From the NCBI GenBank assembly GCA_965113315.1, contig OZ220372.1: DNA of 64,000 nt; one strand, 5' to 3'. Origin of the DNA: Podarcis vaucheri (taxonomy: Eukaryota). Positions 24,986 to 37,206 of this stretch are shown here, one piece after another (positions within the stretch are counted from its first letter, which is position 1; every line of letters starts with the position of its first letter). A program made the translations under genes and the position numbers. Below the pieces are notes generated by a model that made no database searches, was not told where the DNA came from, and was given only the letters and a program-made list of their open reading frames with translations.

Positions 24986-25483
24986 TGTCGTGGACTGGCT
25001 AGATGCAGAAGAGTGGCAGGAACCAAGGAAAGAAGGTTCAGAGCTAGTGGATCGGTGGTGGGAAGACGACGAGTGGTCAGAGGGAGAAGACGGGACAGTC
25101 TGGGAGGAGGAGGAAGAAGCTGAAGGGGCAACAGGGTTTAGTGAGCAGGAAGAGGCTGGGGCAGAGAGCAGTCCTTATTCAGAGGAGGTAGAGGAGGGGG
25201 AATAGGAGACAGAGAGGAGGCTGGCTGCTGAAGAGTCCAGGAAGTCTCCCCGTCCTGCTGTGACCAGCTTCCCTCGCCACTGGTCTGCACAGAACACACA
25301 GAGAAATGAAAAGAGCAGGGTAGAGGTTTCATGCAGACACAATTCCAATTGCTTGGGGGAAACCCTGGAGAGGAGGGGACTTAGGCAAGACCTACATGGG
25401 GGCAAGACCTACTGAGGTGACTAGGCCTGCACTGTTTTGCTTTATTTGAATTGCTGACCTCCACTGGACTCCAGCTCCTGACA
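24986..25483. mobile_element. Solo LTR (Gypsy-like), 498 bp
   Basis: Starts TGTC, ends GACA; perfect 5-bp TSD CAAAG at 24981-24985 and 25484-25488; purine-rich interior. Confidence 0.8.
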
Positions 25484-26669
25484 CAAAGCATATACTCTAC
25501 TGGGTTTTAAGGCAACATTTCCGTTTTGCAGCTGTCATGCACAAACTGAAACTTGGTCAGGGCATAGGTCGTGAAAGTCCTTCACTCACACAGCGTTGGT
25601 AGATCAATCTATTGAAATATTGGAGGGGGGGCAAGTGAGCCCTGCCCTGAAATAATCAATCACATGACGCAGTGCAATCACACCATTTGAATGGCAATGC
25701 CCATCAATTTTGGGAGTGGGGCCTGGCTCCCTCAAATATTTTATGAGGGGGGGGGCTGAAGACCCCTCAGCCCCTAGGAGTTGTCTCCTATGAGATCAAT
25801 TCAGATATGTCTTCCTCCAAGGACTGATTAATCCAATTAGTTTCCAAACATTCTGGGGATGTTGTCAGCTGCTCCCACTAGTGTTTTGGTTTGTAGCCAA
25901 GTTGATTATTGGAATCAAAAGGTATTTTGCCATGATCTCTCATGTTGCTAACAAGAAGGATTTCTACTTGGTTTATGGAGTAGTTCTTGGCAATGAAATT
26001 GCAAGGAAGAAGCAACTTGAGTACAAGCGATGGTAGATTTGTGCAGAACTTAACTAAAGTAAGTTTACACTTAGACTCTAGATCAGGAGTAGCCTTGGTG
26101 CTTTCCTAATGTTGTTGGACTCCAATTATTTCTGGCTAATAGTTATGCTGGCTGGGGCTGATGCAAGTTGTACCCGCATCTGGAGGGGACATTGGCTACC
26201 ACAGATCTAGATTATTAGAATTCAGCAGACAGAGTGTAACAGTGCTTCTTGACCTCAGTGACTTTCACCATTATAGATCAGAGGTAGGAATCCTGTGACT
26301 CTTTAGATGCTGTTGGGCTACAACTACCATCTGCCCAGACAGCATGGCCAATAACCAGGGATGGTGGGAGTAACCTCTTGAGTCCTACAGATTCTTCACT
26401 CCTGATTCATGCAGCCTGGAAGTGCTCCTTGACTGTGTAGGGCTGATTAATTCTCAGGTGGAGAAAGTGTCCAGTAATGTTTTCCATCACCTTTTGTTGG
26501 CAAACCATCTAAGACATTCTTTTAGCCCAGAATTTTGCTCCTATCGTCTCTGCGATGGCAAGGTCTGGTTTAAACTGTTGCAACGTGCTGCCCTGGACTG
26601 TTTGGAAAGGTAATACAGAATGCGCTTTCCGCCTACTGGCAGCTTTGTCTAGGACAGATCATATTATTC

Positions 26670-27060
26670 TGATGCTGATCTGTCTGCCCACTTCTTTTTC
26701 GGCCCCAATTCAAGGTGCTGCTGTTGACCTTTAAAACCACTTTACATGCTTAGGGAGTGCCTGCTGCCTCATGTACTTCCATTCACATCGAGATCAGCAA
26801 ATTAAGCTCTGCTCTGTAACTCGTCATGTATTTATTTTGATTTATTACATTTATATACCACCTTTCCTTTGATGATCACAGAGTGGCTTACATTTGGTGG
26901 AGTCTGTAAGAGCATAGTATAGTTAGCGGTGGTTCTTTCGCCCACCCCAAATTATTAAAATTTCACTTCTGGAATTCTTTGCCTAGGGAACTTCAGTTGT
27001 CCACCCACTTTGTAGCTTTGTCATCCACTTAAGATGTGTTGTTTCTGACACTTTTACAGG
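26670..27060 (+). mobile_element. Decayed L2-like LINE fragment
   Basis: caattcaaggtgctgctgttgacctttaaa...tggaattctttgcctagggaa resembles L2 ORF2/3' motifs. A similar piece lies at about 49735-49835. Confidence 0.5.
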
Positions 27061-28168
27061 TTACCACCAACTGCTTTTTAAAACTTGCAGTGCAGCAATT
27101 TAAAGGTGGCGCTGTTTTTAAAGGGTGGTTTTTAAAGGATGGTTGTTGCTTTAAAATCTGTTTTCAGTACCTAAAATCTGGAATTAGTGCTATATGCAGA
27201 TCTTTAGATCATATAAGATACACAGCAAAAACAATGAAGAGACACAATTAATTTGTCAGTCTTTAAGATGCCAAAGACAGTATTATTTTTACCAGAACAG
27301 ATTAACACAGAAACCCATCCAGAAGCATCCAAATAGCTGCTCTTTTCTATTTTTTTCCCCCAAAAGTGATTATTTCCATTTGTTACGCGCAGAGTTCCTC
27401 AAATAGATCCCTGCCTCAATAGTGGTTCATTCACTAAAATTTAAGAACCTCACTTTCTTACAATAGGAAGACCAGATGTACTTACATTAAGGCTATGATG
27501 GGATCTGTGGGAAAGAGGTGCACTGATACATACCGTAAATCATAGTTTATACCTAAAGATGTAAAACAGAGCCTCACTAGGTCGGGATTCATAGAGGCAA
27601 ACTGTGCTTTCTGCTGCAGAACTGCCACTGTAAGGGGATCCTGTTGATTGATAAGAAGCTGGGGCAGAAGAAGGGAACAATGGGAGATTTGATGAGAGTT
27701 GCTCTGTGATACTCCTGAGAAGCCCACAGAGCCAGCCCTGATCAGAGGGGAAATTGGGGGTTTCCAAGGCAACTTGTTCCCAGGCACAAAGGCATGTCTG
27801 TCTGCTGGCAGATAAGAGAAAGGTCTCCTCTACTACAGGCCCCTGGAGAAGGGTGTGGGTTGGGCAGGGGGGAGGGTGTCTCTCAATTGCCTTAGAGGGC
27901 ACCTGGCAGCCTGGCAGCTGCACAATCACTTTAAAAAACACTTAAATATACAACATGGCAGTCAGAAACAAGTGCATGAGAGTCTGTTCTTGTGGCCCTC
28001 AACTAGTTTGCTGATGTAGTATTTCAAAGCTCAAATCTAGCAATGGGCCAAGTAGCCTGGATGCTCCAGAAAAACAGAAAGGAAAAAAAGGATAGTACGG
28101 CCTCTTCACGGAATTAAGTTGTGAGAGGGACGAGTAAGCAACAAAACATTTATAGTGGGGTTTTAGTA

Positions 28169-28174
28169 TTTATT
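28169..28174 (-). terminator. POLR2F: POLR2F polyadenylation signal
   Basis: AATAAA on the minus strand about 60 nt after the stop codon, followed by a GU/U-rich stretch (tgttttgttgc). Confidence 0.7.
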
Positions 28175-28233
28175 TACACAAAAATAAAAACATCTGCAGT
28201 CAAATTGAAGTCAGAGCACAGAAGGGTAGCTGA

Positions 28234-28371
<138 letters not shown>

Positions 28372-28614
28372 TCATGGAGTTTCGCATCCAAGGGCACTTT
28401 GGTGGGGTAAGATCACACAAAATGTTTACAAAAACTTCTGACATTAAGTGATGAGTTCCCCCACAGCTCAGCAGGAAATGGTTTGATTTAGTAATACTGA
28501 ATCCCAATCAATGGATCATCCCCGCCCCCCCCCCCGAGGTGAAGAAACAACTGAATAAAGATCCTGCTGGGATGACACAAATATCTGACACATGTTGACC
28601 TATCTATAACACAT

Positions 28615-28972
28615 GCAGGTTTTGGTGTCTTCGGGTGTCTTCCCGTGTAAGAGTCGGGGTGTCTGTGCGACGTTTCGACGAGGTCTCACTCGTCATCTTC
28701 ATTGTCAGCTGGAAGGTTTCCTCCCCGTAGAGGTGAGATATTTGCTTTCGTAGATTTTCACGGGTACAGGAATGCAGGTTTTGGTGTCTTCGGGTGTCTT
28801 CCCGTGTAAGAGTCGGGGTGTCTGTGCGACGTTTCTGAATCTCACTTGTATTATATGAAGATGACGAGTGAGACCTCGTCGAAACGTCGCACAGACACCC
28901 CGACTCTTACACGGGAAGACACCCGAAGACACCAAAACCTGCATTCCTGTACCCGTGAAAATCTACGAAAGC
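28615..28972. mobile_element. Penelope-like retroelement fold-back insertion (three partial pLTR copies, two inverted)
   Basis: Perfect inverted repeats 28613-28701 / 28856-28944 and 28743-28835 / 28881-28973; hammerhead-type TGAAGA-stemII-GAAACGTC; 13-bp TSD ATCTATAACACAT at 28602-28614 and 28973-28985. Confidence 0.8.
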
Positions 28973-29910
28973 ATCTATAACACATCTGTCTAGCAGAGTC
29001 TAAAGAGCTCACACACCTCATCAACCACTGAAACGGCCCCACCTTTGAGTGGAATACAATGGCTGTAAAAAAGCATTTGGAAAAGTGAACATTTCAGGAC
29101 TGAAAGGAAAGAAACTCAAATCCAGATTAATCTAAGTACGACTTTTTAGGTCAACAATGTAATTAGCCAGCTTGGAATTTGTCCAGGACATCAGGCTTAT
29201 AATCTTGCAGCACATGAACAGTAAAAAAAACCCCACATGAAAATCTTTAAAAATCACAAGAATTCATTACATAGCCGTGTCCAGAATGGTGTAACTGGTG
29301 CCCCTCATCATGACTCCTTCCACACAGCTCAAACATGCAGTAAAACAAGCTTACAACAAAACAAGCTTACATGCTTTTAATGTTTGGACTATTCAAACTT
29401 GTTTCCATGAAGTTATATAGACACAGATGTACAGATGCTAAATTATATGGAAAACAAGAGCCAAATCTCTAGATTCTTACGGAGAAAGCCGAGCTATAAA
29501 TGAAATATATAAAAGTCTAGCACAGACGCGAGGAAAGGTTGATTGATTTGTCCTGCTTTTTCTCATCACTTCTGTAATGTGTGAAGCTGCAGTTATGAAT
29601 CTCACTTGTATTATAGCAGGAGCACAAGTCGCCAGCACTTCTTTCACAACTCCAACGTAATTTATGAAGTGGCACTATGGCTTTCAAGCTAATGAAGGTT
29701 CTACTGCACTTTTAATAAGAAAATGAATTTTCCATTTAAACTCCATATCAATACCAGCCTTGTCTGTAATCTACGTGTGAATGAAATGACAGCAAATATT
29801 AAGAGATGGGATGAAGCCCTCTTCTTCACATTGCTTTATATCAACTTTCCTCTTTCAGGGCTGAGCATTCTACAACAAATCACACACACATGGTTAAAAT
29901 CTCCAACTTA

Positions 29911-30051
<141 letters not shown>

Positions 30052-30341
30052 CTATTCTCAGTTCAGAGTGGGCAGTGAATTCCATCTTGCATCATATTTT
30101 TTATTTAACCTGTGTTTTTATCCTTCTACTGTTAGCTTTTTGACTTAGTTTCATGATTTCTGCTTGCTGCTATTTTAACTGAGGTCACTTAATACCACTT
30201 GCTTTATTTGTTTGAGATGTTTCGATTGTGTTTTTTAAATTTTCTATTGTAGTTTTTAAATTGAAAGCCACCTTAGGGGCCCTTTTGCGGGCAAAAAGGC
30301 AGAATAGAAATATTTGAAATAAATAAAGCAAACAGAGAGTA

Positions 30342-30619
30342 CAGTGGTGCCTCGCAAGACGAAATTAATCCATTCCGCGAGTCTCTTCGTCTTGCGGTTT
30401 TTTCGTCTTGCGAAGCACGGCTATTAGCAGCTTAGCGGCTATTAACGGCTTAGCGGCTTTAAGAAAAAGGAAACAAACTCGCAAGAACTCGCAAGACGTT
30501 TCTCTTGCGAAGCAAGCCCATAGGGAAATTCGTCTTGCGGAACAACTCAAAAAACGGAAAACTCTTTCGTCTTGCGCGTTTTTCATCTTGCGAGGCATTC
30601 GTCTTGCAAGGTACCACTG
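30342..30619. mobile_element. Tc1/mariner (Tigger-like) MITE
   Basis: TIRs CAGTGGTGCCTCGCAAGACGAA / TTCGTCTTGCAAGGTACCACTG, TA TSDs, and an internal repeated ttcgtcttgcg motif. Confidence 0.88.
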
Positions 30620-31173
30620 TATAATTGTCAGACACACACATTATTCTGACAGGCGCCAGCAAACATGTCTCAGCTGGCTTATCAAAGCAACTGCGCTATG
30701 TGGGACTCCTATTAACTTCAGGGAGAAAAGCAGTCCAGGGATCTTTTGTATCTACAAACTACATTTATTTTTGCCCTTTCAGTGTTGTGGAAAGATACTG
30801 TTAGGCTCAGCTCAGGAGTACTGTATTGCATTACACTGATTCCATGTGCTTCCCTGAAGCCCTAAACAGAAGATATTGCCAAACACTGGACATCACTTCA
30901 CTTTCAGTGACCAGTTAATCCTGAGCAGAGAAGGGCTGTTTTTCACTTCCAGATTTTACAGAATGCCAAGCAGGGAAAATCTCCATCTTCTGCAAGACAT
31001 CAGGTATCTCAAGTAACAACAAACACAGGTGGAGCAAGGTACTTTCAGTACCTCACCCTAAAGCTTCCCTTTCTCTTTGCCCAGTAGACTGGAGTAGATG
31101 TAGTAATTTTGGTGCCTAGATATCCCGACTTGGACCACACATCATTTACTCAGAGCATACAAAATGTCTAGAC

Positions 31174-31309
31174 CAGGCATCCCCAAACTCAGCCCTCCAG
31201 ATGTTTTGGGACTACAACTCCCATTATCCCTAGCTAACAGAACCAGTGGTCAAGGATGATGGGAACTGTAGTCCCAAAACATCTGGCAGGCCGAGTTTGG
31301 GGATGCCTG
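31174..31309. mobile_element. hAT (Charlie-like) palindromic MITE
   Basis: TIRs CAGGCATCCCCAAACTC / GAGTTTGGGGATGCCTG; 8-bp TSD GTCTAGAC. Many decayed relatives (actacaactcccatcatcc core) occur across the window. Confidence 0.9.
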
Positions 31310-32665
31310 GTCTAGACAATACACCTTAAATTCAAGACAGTTTTTATTTTAACAATTATGGATGCAAATTAGCTTTCTAAAAATTTTGGTTTGCACATGA
31401 ATAAGATTGCCTGGAAATACTGGTCTTTTTATGAAATAACCTGTATATTATTATAACCAAAACATGCACTAAGCCAATGCTGCATTCACATCTAATATTA
31501 CACCTGGATGAGAAGTTGAAACATTCTCAGCAAAATAACTATGCATGCTATACTGATCTAGCTCCTACAGGCCTATATTCTGTATTCATGGCATATTAAG
31601 TTATGCAGCAACAGGTATTAACTCAGAGATACAGAATGGGAACCTCTTTAAGAAGAAGAAAACACTTTTCTCCTTGACTAAGCTTACTTATCAATGTAAA
31701 GAAGATTGTGCATCATATACATTCACTGAAAAATGAAATGTATTTACTAACTACAAGAATATAAAATATGAAGAGAAAAAATGAAATATTGTGTACCATT
31801 TTGTTATATAATTAGTATGTAAGCTGATAAGTTTGTTTTTCCCTTTCATTTCCACTATTTTAAGTATAAACATTTTTTTTAAATGAGTTGATGCTTAAAT
31901 TATTTTAAGTTTTAACCTTTTCAGGTTTTTTGTTGTTTATAATGCATTTATTGTTTGCTAGTTTGTGGACCCATAATAAAAAAGACCAACCCCCCCCCCC
32001 CTTATCTTAGATACTTTAAAGCACATCTCCATAACAGCACTCTAGAAAAATGAGATACCTACATTTTATGACAATATAAGGGACTGGAATTATATGAAAA
32101 CCTAGAACCAGAGTAAAAGGTGCAATTTCACATGCTCATATGAAAAGCTTTCAGTGGGTGGCAGATTATATGCAACCTGTTCTTTGTCATCCCTTATGAA
32201 CAGCTTACTTCTTTTGGTGATCCACTGCATGTGTAGTTGACACACATGTGGCCCCTCAAGACCAGAGTTTTGTGTGGGTGTATTCTGCAACATGTCACTG
32301 TCACAATAACCGTGTGTTACTTGGCCCATCCACACATCATTCCACTTCATTAGTTGTTCTGAAATGCTTCCCAAATGTTATTTTATTATTGGTTTCTGGA
32401 AGGGCACTGTTGCACAATGGGGCAAAAGAAGGGGGCAGAAAATTATAGAAAAAGCCTAAAACCTTCTGGGATTTGGCTAAAACACCTAACTTGCTTTATA
32501 GCACAGGGGTATTATCCTTGGTTGGAACGCCAAATCTTCTGAGGGGGAGAGGATTGAGATAAGAACTAGGTGTAGATATAAACAGAAGTAACTTTAAACA
32601 CATGAAATAAGTTCTACCAATTTTCATTGACGAATATCCATATTCCTGGACCAAAATCATACTTA

Positions 32666-32818
<153 letters not shown>

Positions 32819-33222
32819 TTATAACCATATTCACAGAGTTATATGTGTATTAGTTGTTAGAGCCACTTGAGATCAAATTCAAATCTACAGAGAAGATTTC
32901 AATAAAATATATTAAAATAAAGGTCTGAAAGAGGAAAACCATTAGAGAGAAGTATTTATTTGATTAACACAGAAGACTAAGTTTTACCATTTCAAAAAAA
33001 GAAAAAGAAAAAAGAAAGGCTATGAGATATGTTCACCTTAATAGATTAGAACTTGTTCCCTGATCTTTTTCTATTGTTCTCATCACATGAGTTTTGGAGG
33101 AGTTGTTGACGTTAGACATAGGAACCGTGCAGGTACAGGTTACAGACACAGATACAAGAACTGCAGGTAAATGTTGGGATGTTTACATAGGCTATAGGAC
33201 ATCATATACTGAAGTCACTTAC

Positions 33223-33292
33223 CTCCTCAGCATTTTCCAGATCATCCAGTCCTTCATCTTCCTCCACATCATCAAAATCATCTCCATCAAAA
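33223..33292 (-). CDS. POLR2F: POLR2F exon 2
   Basis: ctccag|...[23 protein letters not shown]|gtaagt; 70 nt. Confidence 0.97.
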
Positions 33293-34145
33293 CTGGAGGA
33301 AGAAATGTATCAAAGGCTTATATAAAATTTCAGAGCTCAAATCTTACTACATCACTGTCTTCAAATACTCTGCTTGTTTTCATAATAGCCACTAAATACT
33401 CAAATAACTTTTTGTGGAATTGGCTAGTTACTGTATCTTGCTTAAACTTTACTAACAGCAAGATTCCCTTTGCAAAATCATCAACAAAATATGTTCAACT
33501 CATCTCCTTTGCCAAGGCTTCCAAGATTGGAGAACTGAAACCTGCCATCACAGGTCTCGTACATCTTCCAAGAATCTCCAAATCCCAGCATGAATCTTTT
33601 GCATATCGCAGAAGACTTGGGGAAAGGTTGGTGGCAACATGCAGTAGTGGCTAGTCAAAGTTTGTGGGCCACTAGTCCTGCTTCAAGGCCTGTGACTCAC
33701 TGGATTCCTTCCAACTTTAAGACACTTTGGACCAGTTCAAAATACTATACATAATATGAGGTGAGAAACTTATGAGCATGGCTGCCATGACATGAGATAC
33801 ATAGCATGTACCTCCATGTAAGCAATGCATCTTATTCTCACAATCCTTTCCACCGCATTGAGTGGAAGGTTTGGAAGAAATGTGCTAATAGTCATATTAA
33901 TTTCTGAGAGTTTGAACTGACTGCTTGGCTTATGTTTCAGCTTGGCAACTAGTTTAAAGAACGACCACAGACAAATCACAGCCTTTCAGTTTTTTTCACC
34001 TTAATACAGTATAAGAAAAAGGGAAAGAAAAGAACCCAACCACCACCTACCAAAATCTGGATTCGAGCCCAAGACTGCTCTCCCCTCCATGGACATAGCC
34101 AAAGGGGGCAGAGAGGGAAGCTGCCCCCCCTCCCCAGATAAAGTA

Positions 34146-34351
34146 CAGTGGTATCTTGGGTTAAGAACTTAATTCGTTATGGAGGTCCATTCTTAACCTG
34201 AGGTCCCACTTTAGCCAATGGGGCCTCCCACTGCTGCCATGCCACCAGGTGATTTCTGTTCTCATCCTGAAGCAAAGTTCTTAACCCAAGGTACTATTTC
34301 TGGGTTAGTGGAGTCTGTAACCTGAAGCGTCTGTAACCTGAGGTACCACTG
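34146..34351. mobile_element. Tc1/mariner MITE (same family as 5437-5650, opposite orientation)
   Basis: CAGTGGTATCTTGGGTTAAG...GAGGTACCACTG with TA TSDs. Confidence 0.85.
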
Positions 34352-34799
34352 TAAAATAATAGAAATACTTAACCAATTGACCAATCACATCGCTTCTGCC
34401 CTCTCCCCTAACAAAAGTCCTGCTCCCCCCCAAAAAAAAAATTCCCATGCTCCCCTCCTGTAGTTCTACAAAACTGGTATTCAAAGCCAGTACTGCTGAC
34501 AACTGTGGCAGCAGGGCATAGCCACTGTGGACAATAGTCACTGGCAGCCTTATCCTCCATGAATTTGGTCGGTCCTCTTTTAAAATCATCGAACCTTTGT
34601 GGCCATCACCCCCACAAAACTGTTGCTCTGCCATGAAGCTCACTGGTTGAGTTTTGGCCAGTCCCTCTCTCTCCACCTAACCCACCTCACAGGGCTGTTG
34701 TGTGGATAGAATGTGGATAGGAATAACCAGGCAGGCTTCCCTGAGTTCCCTGGAGGGAGGACGCAATAAGAATAACGTCAATAATGGCGTTTAATATTT

Positions 34800-35430
34800 G
34801 GGAATCCAGCGGCACAGCACAAAATAAGCGCCCTGCGTAAATACCACCGCTGCTGCCTACAGAAACCCCAGCGACCCATCCCCACCCCTCACGAGGGTCC
34901 CTTACTTATCCTCGTTGTCAGACATGCTGCGCCTTTTCCGGGTTCGGCGCGGCCTCTCGCGATACCACAGGCTCCGACGAGAAGCGAGGCGCCCAGCACG
35001 AGGGAGCCAAGAAACGCCAAACGGCACCCGGGCCGCCGCGCGCAAGCCTCGCAAACGTTCTACCGGCAACGATTTTTTTCTAGGCGCAAGTCGTTCCGGG
35101 TCGTAGCTGACGTCACCGGAAGTGGACGCCGGAGGCGGTTGCTATGGCGACGGGAGCCGCCAGCTCGGGCAAGAGGAGGAGGAGGAGGAGGATGTGAGGG
35201 ATTCGACTTACCCCTACAAATGAAGGGAACAATTAAGATCCTATGAGGGAACTTTTTTCTTTTAAAGGTAAAAGGGTGGAATTGGGGCGACCACGGTATA
35301 TGCAAGGTGGATGGGGAGAAAAGAATATTGTCCCTGCGTTGTTTGCGAGGCAACAAGCTGCTCCGTGGCGTCACGTGCGATGCCAAAATGCCCCCTAGAA
35401 CCAGTCAGTAATAAGAAATGCGCGCGGATT
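34800..35430. promoter_or_regulatory. CpG-island bidirectional promoter of POLR2F / C22orf23
   Basis: CpG-dense non-coding stretch between head-to-head genes. Contains TCTCGCGATA (34955-34964), CRE TGACGTCA (35108-35115), ETS CCGGAAGTG (35116-35124) and X-box GTTGCTATGGCGAC (35138-35151). Confidence 0.85.
34906..34925 (-). CDS. POLR2F: POLR2F (RPB6/RPABC2) coding exon 1
   Basis: Minus strand ATGTCTGACAACGAGGATAA|gtaag = MSDNED(N); lies in the CpG island. Confidence 0.96.
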
Positions 35431-35852
35431 GTTGCAGCCACATGCACGAGGGGCTGTGTGTTCCCTCATGGAATTGCTGCTTCGTTTATATTTTACTGCT
35501 TATGAAACGTGTTTTTATCTTGTATTTTTATACCGTGAACTGCCCTGAGATCTACGGATGAAGGGCGGTATACAAATTTAATAAAATAAAATAATAAATA
35601 TATCATTTTTGTCTTTAAATTGGTCTTGTGAGAAATTCTGGCTGAGTGCTTCCCCCTCTCCCCCCCCCCACGCCCCAAATCACGACAACTGTAGTTTAGC
35701 CATCATTGAGCTGCAGTTCCAGCACCATTAACAAACTACAGTTCCCAGTATTGGGAGGGTGGGGAGGCATGTCGGCTTTAAATATATGGTGTGTATACAG
35801 CCTCAGCATGAGAAACTCATATGTTGCAATAATACCTGAAATATTTGGTTTC

Positions 35853-36535
35853 CTAGAATCATAGAGCTGGAGAGACCAAAGAATCAGCTAGTTCAGCCCT
35901 CGCATCACATGACACATGGCCATCCTGCTTAAAAACCTCCAGTGAAAGAGAGTTCACCACCTTCTGAGGGAGTTCATTCCACTGTTGAACAGCTCTTACA
36001 GTCATAATGTTCTTCCTGATGTTTAGTTGGAATCAGCGTTTGAAACTCTCATGGCGCATTTTGCGACAGGGAATTTCATTAATGTGAACAGTTTCTGAGC
36101 TCTGGGCGCAGTACTTAATTTCAGATTAAAACTGCCACTGCTGGAAGGAAAAGGGGACCTTTTTTCTGCCTCCTCACTTCCAGCCACTTTCTGAAGACTG
36201 GAGAAAGGACCCTCATAGGAATATTGGGGGGGGTGGGCTTTGTTTTTTGCAGCCTTCAGATGAGGACTAAACCATGTAAAAAATGAGCATAAGATTTTAG
36301 CTGTGGTTCATTCATTTTCAGCTTTGTATTCTTATTAAAAAGTGTGTCTAGACACTCCATTGCGGTGCCCATAACCTAAGTTTAAGGTGCCATTTAGCTC
36401 CTAGCTTTCATATCTCAGTTTGTAACACTGGTCAGAATATCTGTTCTTATAACTTGAATCCATTGGCTTGAGTCCTACCCTCCAGAGCAGGAGAAAACAA
36501 GTTTTCTCAATCTTCTGTGTGACAGCCCTTTAGAT
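35853..36535 (-). mobile_element. CR1 LINE 3' fragment interrupted by a hAT-like insertion (36034-36430)
   Basis: tagaatcatagagctgga...ttccactgttgaacagctcttac...gatgtttagttggaat, resuming at tcttataacttgaatccattgg. The insert has CAGCGTTTGAAAC / GTTTGTAACACTG ends and GTTGGAAT / GTCAGAAT flanks. Confidence 0.7.
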
Positions 36536-37206
36536 CTTACTTGGTACTAAGTCCCACTGAAGTCTGAAGGGCTGATTTCTGAGTTTTTACGTGTTTTTAT
36601 TCGTAAGAGAAGCATATAAGAAATTAATCAATATTTAAAATAGCATCTCAAACACAGTTCTAAAAAACCACAGAACTGTAACAGCATCAGCTGCTTTTTG
36701 TAATTTGCCTCCTGTCCACCCAAAGCAAAAGCCATTTGAAAGCCTCATGTCTTTCTAAAGTAAGCCAATGATTTGCAGCTTTTCAGGTCTGAGATTATTA
36801 TTCAAGATGAGATCAAATGCTGTAAACAAATCTGCTACCAACTGAGGTTCCCATCCCCTTCAATGATGGAATACAAAGGGTTTTCAAGGTTAAAACCAGC
36901 ACCATGAATATGGCCTGGAAGCACATTAGCAACCAGTAGCCAGTAAATATGCATAGGACTGGCCTGCATATAAGGCAATCAAATCCTGAATTCAGTTAAA
37001 CCATTACCTGTAACTTCTCAAAGAATAATTTTCACTCCCCATCTTTTTTTCAGTAGTACCTGACAGCATGGTGAAAGGGTAAAATTTGTTGATGTTGACC
37101 AACGTTTATTTGTAAAACTATATTTGGTGATGGAATATGTCTTAGAGCTGTAGTGCTAACCAATGCAGAAAATGCATTTCCCTACCTTTCTTTTAAAGGT
37201 GCTGCA

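Noticed and set aside
24969-25205. Acidic Glu/Trp-rich ORF
   Set aside because: It is the purine-rich interior of the solo LTR bounded by CAAAG TSDs.
28705-29042. ORFs and repeat/spacer-like pattern suggesting a CRISPR array
   Set aside because: Eukaryotic intron; the repeats are long, inverted, unequal and flanked by a TSD, as expected for a retroelement insertion.
30365-30839. Basic Arg/Lys-rich ORFs
   Set aside because: Translations of the internally repetitive Tc1/mariner MITE.
33094-33654. 186-aa plus-strand ORF across POLR2F exon 2
   Set aside because: Non-ATG start, no recognisable homology, and it spans intron sequence antisense to a real exon.
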